A stretch of 22,164 nucleotides of DNA from Elusimicrobiota bacterium (lineage in GTDB: Bacteria > Elusimicrobiota > Elusimicrobia > Elusimicrobiales > UBA9959), in contig JBAXKK010000040.1 in assembly GCA_037137395.1 (NCBI GenBank), forward strand, positions 1-22,164. Reading direction: 5' to 3'. The notes beneath the pieces were generated by a model, which was not told where the DNA came from, searched no databases, and was given only the letters and a program-made list of their open reading frames with translations. The translations under genes and the position numbers were made by a program. This document shows, piece after piece, positions 19,601 to 22,164 of this stretch (positions are counted from its first letter, which is position 1; every line of letters begins with the position of its first letter).

Positions 19601-22164
19601 TATCATAAGCTACGAACGCGCCGGCAATAGTTCCCACCGTGTCAGCTGCAACCGCATCAGGATCATTTAAAGGAAGATTACCCTGACCGCCCGGCATAAA
19701 GCTGGGGTAAACAACGCCCCAGGTATTCGTCAGAGGATTAAGGAACTGGAAATAACTGCCTATGGTGCCGGATTCGACGCGGGTAGTGTAGAGCTTACCT
19801 CCGAACACTACAGCCCTGCCGTCGTAAACACCGCCAAGACCGTAGGGATTAATGGTCGTATCGTATGTGCTGCCATTCCAGAAGCCCCAGTTATTATAAA
19901 ATCTGCCGTTATAAACAAGACTTGACTGCTTGCCTCGGCTAAGGAAAGCCGGCGGTCCGGCGGTCCAGGAACTGCCGCTAAGAGTAAACTGATCGGCTCC
20001 CACTTGGCGCCCCGCCCACAACCCGCCATTATAAAGTCCCAGGCTGTTGATATATCTGCCGTCGGGGTTTATAGATCTTCCGCCGTTAGAAGTAACCCAG
20101 TTAGTGCCGTCAAAAATATTTACATAGCTCCGGGCTATAGTGGCGACATCCGTTGTAGTCATGCCCGCATAAAGTTTATCGTTGTAAACGGCAAAAGAGG
20201 CCACCCACGCCGTATTCGGATAGGTAGCGTTGGCGCATGGACCCAGATTTTCATGCCCGGTAGAGGTGAGGGTGGTGCCGTCATACTTCCTAACCTTGCA
20301 GTTGGCTGTCGCCATGTACAGGTTATCTTTATACACCGCCATCGCGTATATCATAGCGTCCGAAGTACTAAATCCATCAATTAAAAGACTCCAGGTCGCG
20401 GTAGTCTTGTTGTAAACGACTACACTTCCGTACCAGGTTGAGGTGAGGGAAACATAAAGATTGTTTTTGTACTCAATCATACAGCGGATATCACTGCTTC
20501 TGCCGCTCACCACGGAGGTCAGGTCTATGGTTTGCCAATCACCGTGTATCCAGCCGGCGCCGGCGTTGGTGGAATACATCACGCCCAGGCTGTTGGTGAA
20601 ATCCATGCTTGTGGCGCCGGTCAACCCCACCGGCACAGATCCGGAGGAAACCGCCAGGCCGGAACCCGTATCCCGCACATCCACCTGCACGGTGACGCCG
20701 CCGATAAGGCTTATCATATCGGTTTCAAGCACTGGCGTGCCTGCGGCGGATAGGACTTTATAGTTAGAGAACACCGGCTGAGCCGTATCACGTCTGAAGT
20801 TGTAAACCTGACTCCATTGCCCCTGGCTTATGCCGGTCTTTGTGGCAACGCGCCAGTAATAAGTTGTGTCGGTCAGCGTATGCGTGGTGATCTGTATAAA
20901 GCCGTCCACGGTGAAATCGGTGGTGCTGTAAACCGTTATGCCCGTGGAAAGGATAACCTCAGGGCTTGAGAAGTCGCTGTTATTATCCACATTCAGTATG
21001 TACTGCGCGTTCGCGCCCAGTGAAGCGGCTGTTTTGGTGCTTATACCCACCCAGCTGAAACCGGGCTTCGCGTACATGACGGACGACCCGTTAGCGGGAT
21101 ACGACGGCGTTGAGATCATCAGCGGGGAATCTTTATAAGGGTCATATATTACGGCAAAGGGACCATAATTCTTGATATTGCCGGCCCTGTCGGAGCCGAA
21201 GAATACCACCTGGTTGGTAGCCGTGCAGGCGCCTGAGCCGCCGCCGCAGGTGGTGGTGTTCATTGAAGGCGCGAGATTAAGGCCCTTCACAGTTAAAGTC
21301 TTAAGGCTTGTATCACCATCCACCGCGCTTATGAGCATTTCCGGCGGCGTAAGAATCTTGACCCTGCCCTTGGGATAACCAATATAGAGTTTGTTGTTAT
21401 AAGTATATGGAGTGCTCATAAACTTCCCGCCGGCATCAGCATTTGCGAGCAATAGTACCACTTCAGCTGCCGAACTTGTATCTGGCGTGATGCTGGGTGT
21501 GACACTGGTATAAACGGGGGTCCAGGTATTATTTGTCAAAGGGTTCAAAAATTGAAATTTACTGCCATTCCTGGTAGCGTCACCGTACTGGACGGTTCCG
21601 GCGATGTATAGTTTACCGCCGAAAACAGCAGCCCCGCCGCGGTTATCAGCATCTATTGAACTGGCGGTATATGTGGTCTCATTCCAAAAGCCACCGGAGT
21701 CATACAGTCGCCCGTCATAAATAAGGCTTCTTGGACCAATGTTAAGCACGCCGGGGATGGGGTATCCAGACACAGCAGTCCAGGAACTGCCGTCAAACGA
21801 AAAATTATTAACAGCCGGGGGTCTTGGTGCGGCGTATAGGCGGCCATTATATGAAGCGAGTTTTTGCATCGTGGTATTAGCTGGGAGGACAAACGGCCGT
21901 CCGTTGTTGGTATTAAACCAGTTGACGCCGTCAAACACCTGAATTGTCGAGGCGAGAGCCGTGCCCACATAAAGTTTATCGTTGTAAATATTGAAATTCA
22001 CTACCGCGCCGTTAGAAGTGGGGAAACCGGTGGGGATTGACCAGGAACCGTCAAACTTAGTCATAGCTCCGTTTGAGCCGGTTCCGACATATAAGGCGTT
22101 CTTATAGACTGCCATCGCCGATACGCCACCTGTACCTACCAAACCGGCCTGCAATGTAGTTACA
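7686..22164 (-). CDS. Giant multidomain surface protein/adhesin with T9SS type-A/FlgD-like C-terminal domain; 5'-truncated (>4,825 aa)
   Basis: Uninterrupted frame that stays open to the right edge (..VTTLQAGL; the TTG at 22154 is probably not the start). Beta-rich G/S/T/Y/N composition, AVYNGKLYAG blades, TTYYWRV Fn3-like strands. Confidence 0.95.
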   Translation of the reverse strand, partial: VTTLQAGLVGTGGVSAMAVYKNALYVGTGSNGAMTKFDGSWSIPTGFPTSNGAVVNFNIYNDKLYVGTALASTIQVFDGVNWFNTNNGRPFVLPANTTMQKLASYNGRLYAAPRPPAVNNFSFDGSSWTAVSGYPIPGVLNIGPRSLIYDGRLYDSGGFWNETTYTASSIDADNRGGAAVFGGKLYIAGTVQYGDATRNGSKFQFLNPLTNNTWTPVYTSVTPSITPDTSSAAEVVLLLANADAGGKFMSTPYTYNNKLYIGYPKGRVKILTPPEMLISAVDGDTSLKTLTVKGLNLAPSMNTTTCGGGSGACTATNQVVFFGSDRAGNIKNYGPFAVIYDPYKDSPLMISTPSYPANGSSVMYAKPGFSWVGISTKTAASLGANAQYILNVDNNSDFSSPEVILSTGITVYSTTDFTVDGFIQITTHTLTDTTYYWRVATKTGISQGQWSQVYNFRRDTAQPVFSNYKVLSAAGTPVLETDMISLIGGVTVQVDVRDTGSGLAVSSGSVPVGLTGATSMDFTNSLGVMYSTNAGAGWIHGDWQTIDLTSVVSGRSSDIRCMIEYKNNLYVSLTSTWYGSVVVYNKTTATWSLLIDGFSTSDAMIYAMAVYKDNLYMATANCKVRKYDGTTLTSTGHENLGPCANATYPNTAWVASFAVYNDKLYAGMTTTDVATIARSYVNIFDGTNWVTSNGGRSINPDGRYINSLGLYNGGLWAGRQVGADQFTLSGSSWTAGPPAFLSRGKQSSLVYNGRFYNNWGFWNGSTYDTTINPYGLGGVYDGRAVVFGGKLYTTRVESGTIGSYFQFLNPLTNTWGVVYPSFMPGGQGNLPLNDPDAVAADTVGTIAGAFVAYDNKLYVPYPKSRLKVLSSPVISINAVDGETGVKTITVNNLNFVPSQNSNTCNGAACSATNQVVFFGSDRAGNIKTYGPYAVMIDPYKDSPLLISTPSYPANGAMVGTSKPGFSWIGVERVLASLLGTNASYKLEISRLPDFSSVDVALSTPMIAGSTTIPTVDGYIGLSTHTLFENTTYYWRVRTQTAVGNYAPFISTFSFFVDLTKPAGTDVQVNIPGSGFTSVTTGISPLALGLTVQFTITDAGSGLALSTASLDQAGGISVFYSSTSGNAWRGGDWTALNGGVAPFGSLLPKAAASYRDKLYVGLTGGIIGVFSGTTWGDISNAGYPPLTDTSDISDMKVYNDRLYIINATGYVGYLSGTAWTSLGRVANGTTRFGPYYNGKIITHSPALYVSNSDANWLQVSTGVTPGMSASYNSALYAGRVYFGYDASPTPDTAMSTLFDGRGFVPWVVPWASARYTRSMYNYDAKLGAGAAIGLHLYNHVDNSYVKLVDTINSGGAGMNYRSTIFYNMWTGATPAPIFVFDDAKSIQTYNQNLGTVFAGYQGKLYVFNGTGRGFVYEPLSIAYTGSDGSKSSDVQAYGFDMVQTTNTISCGGTWPCAATNQTLIVFSDMAGNVKRYGPYAVKVDYMQSSPLAISTPSWPRNGSVVGISTPVFSWVGVSTTAAAIMGSNSRYELDVNESINFDGVGFSTGAYIQLASSTDITCDGALALNSALNDNTTYYWRARVRTGAGNLAINWSTYSFRTDLVPPYGSGFTIINQVGASVGEATYIALTTPATVQITLQDDGTGLAVSSRSLPVMISGDSFAENASGVGVIYSTNSGSTWIDGSWELTDLSVSAGLGTTDFNSFVIYKDKLYASNGTPNLAVYSGGEWTKMFTSLATNIVSMAVYGDNLYVGSTSGIITKFNNTSWSLTAHATQYSGFGTVNTLAVYNGKLYAGLSSGRVTVFDGTRWTITNNGNTIAPTATGIQSLAAHNGKLYAAPTPNTVGIMEYDGIAWKLSPGGATINLVYDMMSHDGLLYITGFSGIYSYDGATLRTVSAVGYGESLALHEGRIYMLSRSAPAGFSRVAYRHPVTGAIVTSLQYPYTTWGEGHYMNGLISYAGKLYAGAPLGNIAVLSPLTMVSTAADGEKGPVTLEARGLNLTQSTSAANCSILPCTATNQIAFSLGDLAGNISGAGPYAILNDYITATLAAPVPNSPIGGVYVSTLTPGFAWTGPSTAAVAIMGVSGNTRFNIEVSVNPDMSAPVINSVVITSAFSTNNVTVDGYYSAAPLANNTTYYWRVRFTNQNSAYTTSWSEPVSFVTDNVQPSISGFTVKSTDSDWLAENAWLTQPTGVSAKVSVYDLASGLAVSSGSVATPDQDGYNRSENTNGFGVIYSTCAGATWISGSWAPMNDGDRISAAPNTITAFASYNDILYAGDSLGQIYSLGVGWNPVSAGGPPLPPVTAFAVYNGRLYAATTGGIYWTSNAGVDWNLVLGAGAVPSAVYSMAVYNGKLYAAGSVVPYVYATSDGDNWFNAKSGTLTGRAAALATFNGKLYASEYAAAAHVYSLAAGGNWTTAYTGGSYAGGFGHYNGNLYVMSGASNGGVKYTGAAWTTLSGAWGTQPVAYDGLLYISTGSGLSATTDGTTLKRMSAGAGTSAVVFKGTLYSTSGGYIYKHVPLAASLTGTDGTNDTHTLSADASLNLAQSANSQVCGGAACSATNQVIFTQSDRAGNVKTYGPYAVLNDSLTRTLPPPVPNEPRAGVYVNMKKPTLAWSGPSSGTVSAMGSNASYKLEASNNDPSFSSTIIKEDVSGAVSANYPTFDGLYTPVTDLPENTTIYWRVQLKNNVSGFTGAWATSTFVTDFTIPTAANFTVISSTGVEWADSKWFNVGTGMGAKAAAMDAVPGSGLAVSTSSLWGGADGHDWGDLTSGFSVRYTTTAGANWAMGGAWSPLNNGDAVISGATGVNALAVYNGKLYMGTAATDRVAKFDGTDLIDDFSTLGPVITGETGITSLAVYNGNLYAGTSGGKIAVFDGSTWQTSNALITGSGGVNALAAYNGKLYAGTAGGKIAVFNGETWNTAGTIIAGATNPNVSSLAVYNGKLYAGITAGGVGQVAVFNGAVWAVSVTGLPSGVSSMAVYNGRLYAGTNAGKVAVLNGAVGAWLAPVTVITGANIISMAVYNGKLYAGTSPNCRVMVFDGGSIWLAAGSNLGILANETHVNSLAVYDGKLYAGTSPGGKAGRMAPVGASLTGTDGTGDEQTLSTWGLDFNQSATAVRCTGAGSCAATNQIMFHASDLAGNTTAYGPYSVLVDTTPPTATATAFSANSRTLTLTGNGADALSGIKEWFFEVSPSVDFSSNVSSTSYGMAGSAVFPDMLEATVYYGRVRARDNAYNESVYSTPVSTQTRGYVYVTGVSTAPLTAKQGSQATMMSLEMRVNAGLPPAALNRIAVSWSGTIAASDITSVSAYKDVNANGIVDEGDTLLNIIPAAFSGANATILVNPAMPVTDTPVKVLLAYTFAPEATVGAEAGIRVSAASALLFSEPYQTVGTFPMISAQTTILDGDNNLIIQPTSIAPTVTQPGIANVSIIKLAMYTDVGTSLINELKIRLSGTVASNGVAGARLYRDNGNVRFDILADTQLGSADFLSDYSATIQLNGDVVKRTVGTTPVYMFLVVDVAASAEEGSNFKVVIDTSSAFTLNNSTDMPIMVPDPFESNSVTIQTSNIASVILKSVIPEYFVQAGLYAVAIASVNVNIGIAEINRVKVNRLGVSIDSDIRSARVYKDMVPDGGNFSEDFDMMLGSAPVVGGVATIDITTVAVRAGTTTPLFIVYEISPTAVGGNTVGAGFTGTPTSTVYFRMGGTNTSFTGNLPFNTTEAPIRVTVNPLRITGAADLTTNSLYQGTTNNALLMLTMQSELNPVTWTGVTIKRTGTLPDLLVDAIKVYRDANGTGGLEVPGDELVSSGVDTFVGGLCNISFSLPQLVDSAGSAYFVAVDINPAAEQTLGVEITTTSWFTITAPSIISTNSVQAPYFSTATQVRQYMNIVTISTTNVIPSGGAEPGTINVPVLKLAFKTDVSTAQLLKLQFAKGGTLNDAEILAVKLYHDSNNVGYFNQNNIGAYTLVSPSTVSFGTDSNPGMVALPILPSPAGQKILKTPKYYYLAVDLAPGAVIGRTVNLRLANKDAVTVSAPNTVAETTFASQMLYVKAPPQRLSVNFENKLSTWVVQGQTAVLVASFTVSASSYTIDLNRLDFSRGGNCFDADVSAVTLYRDNGNGVWDGQSEVRLLTGNFASGVVSFNLAAAPETIVQNGTYLYYLVADISGTATYGRTFGVDMPSAGYMRVNEPHTVSSIGLPFISARAMIKPTVDVVTITGSDSAPTLTQGDSNRVMGRLRLNTDANSAILSTVRFDKIGTTPDADILRIKLYNDANADGVLDSSETIVGTLQSLSVGMGVMVVIPPQSINNLTYQNYLVVVDVSSFAVVDSSFSLRVTPVVTAPDIAQIIGDTITFNMAGSIIDLPDTIYMSFTDIASRSLYVGAENTQLAKISFWADRDAAYLTGMKFSVTGTAGPDDIPLIRFYRDTDGSGFFDPKYDALVTTAAVSSGETYVYLPDLGDLIIASTRTYFVVTDISEAATIGNTFSMSMSNENSLFVSGLDRAASFSGVGTALSTIRDPRVPTPPEIYIYRADGTMYAENDEAFNAYRTMLSFRWASTAYAGSIEQVYYYVGTSPANDSTTWIAAGGARDVSIRGLNLLNNGSYIISIKVKNSVGAYYSDIVSKRLIVDTVVPTLPAGAVYTSAEAGDLLLNWVSATVGISGIAYYVVESRLGNSPKWVTVSTTTEHFLAINGTGAAASAAGRAPGAYFYRVYAVNNAGVSGGPSDQLSVNINLEALAVISSASVYPNPFDSRRQNGTIAFTLNKDSEVAITIYDAYGRKVKSLGFSGIAGANAVAWSGDGPNGKVSMGMYICVIKAAGVTKILKIGVKH
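7689..7965 (-). other. T9SS type-A-like / FlgD Ig-like C-terminal sorting domain
   Basis: YPNPF..TIAFTL..VAITIYDAYGRKVK..W.G..GMYICVIK..KILKIGV matches the YPNP / IYD..G..V / G.Y / K..K pattern. Confidence 0.85.
8630..12420 (-). repeat. Eight tandem ~155-160 aa Ig-like stalk domains with Y-x-D..G acidic loops
   Basis: AYKDVNANG (~12240), LYRDNGN (~11770), VYKDMVPDG (~11295), VYRDANGTG (~10810), LYHDSNNVG (~10335), LYRDNGNG (~9835), LYNDANADG (~9370), FYRDTDGSG (~8905). Confidence 0.8.
12708..22164 (-). repeat. Six tandem macro-modules (first partial): Fn3-like domain + Ig-like scaffold with inserted beta-propeller
   Basis: C..C.ATNQ..F..D.AGN...GP[YF].[VI]..D ends at 21141, 19353, 17715, 16038, 14409, 12708; spacings 596, 546, 559, 543, 567 codons. 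Confidence 0.9.

Noticed and set aside
1694..21970. Many antisense and alternate-frame ORFs within the long genes
   Set aside because: Expected shadow ORFs of GC3-rich coding sequence; no independent motifs.
22152..22154. TTG as start of the giant gene
   Set aside because: Frame is open to the edge, begins mid-propeller and has no signal peptide.
12708..22164. Diversity-generating retroelement or shufflon acting on the giant gene
   Set aside because: No reverse transcriptase or recombinase, no template/variable pair with adenine-specific mismatches seen, and homology boxes are direct and in frame.

Overview
The window reads almost entirely on the minus strand. In transcription order it holds: (1) the 3' ~14.5 kb of a giant surface protein (>4,825 aa, open at the right edge); (2) a PorV/PorQ-like beta-barrel fused to TPRs; (3) a tightly linked histidine kinase with no sensor domain; (4) a single polypeptide joining a FliF ring-building domain, one TM helix and FliG middle/C domains; (5) a translationally coupled coiled-coil protein; (6) a repeat-rich intergenic region, tandem sigma70-type rRNA promoters and the 5' ~544 nt of a 16S rRNA gene. 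The giant protein has six tandem ~550-600 aa modules (conserved Ig/Fn3-like scaffold with an inserted variable beta-propeller), an 8-repeat putative Ca-binding stalk and a T9SS/FlgD-like C-terminal sorting domain. Gene content suggests a diderm bacterium outside Bacteroidota, probably Elusimicrobiota (inference, not verified). Best novelty candidates: the T9SS-like cargo/PorV/kinase/FliF-FliG cluster with no other flagellar genes in the window, the cassette architecture of the giant protein, and a structured ~135 bp repeat with compensatory changes and a kink-turn-like core. All family calls are from motif recognition by eye.
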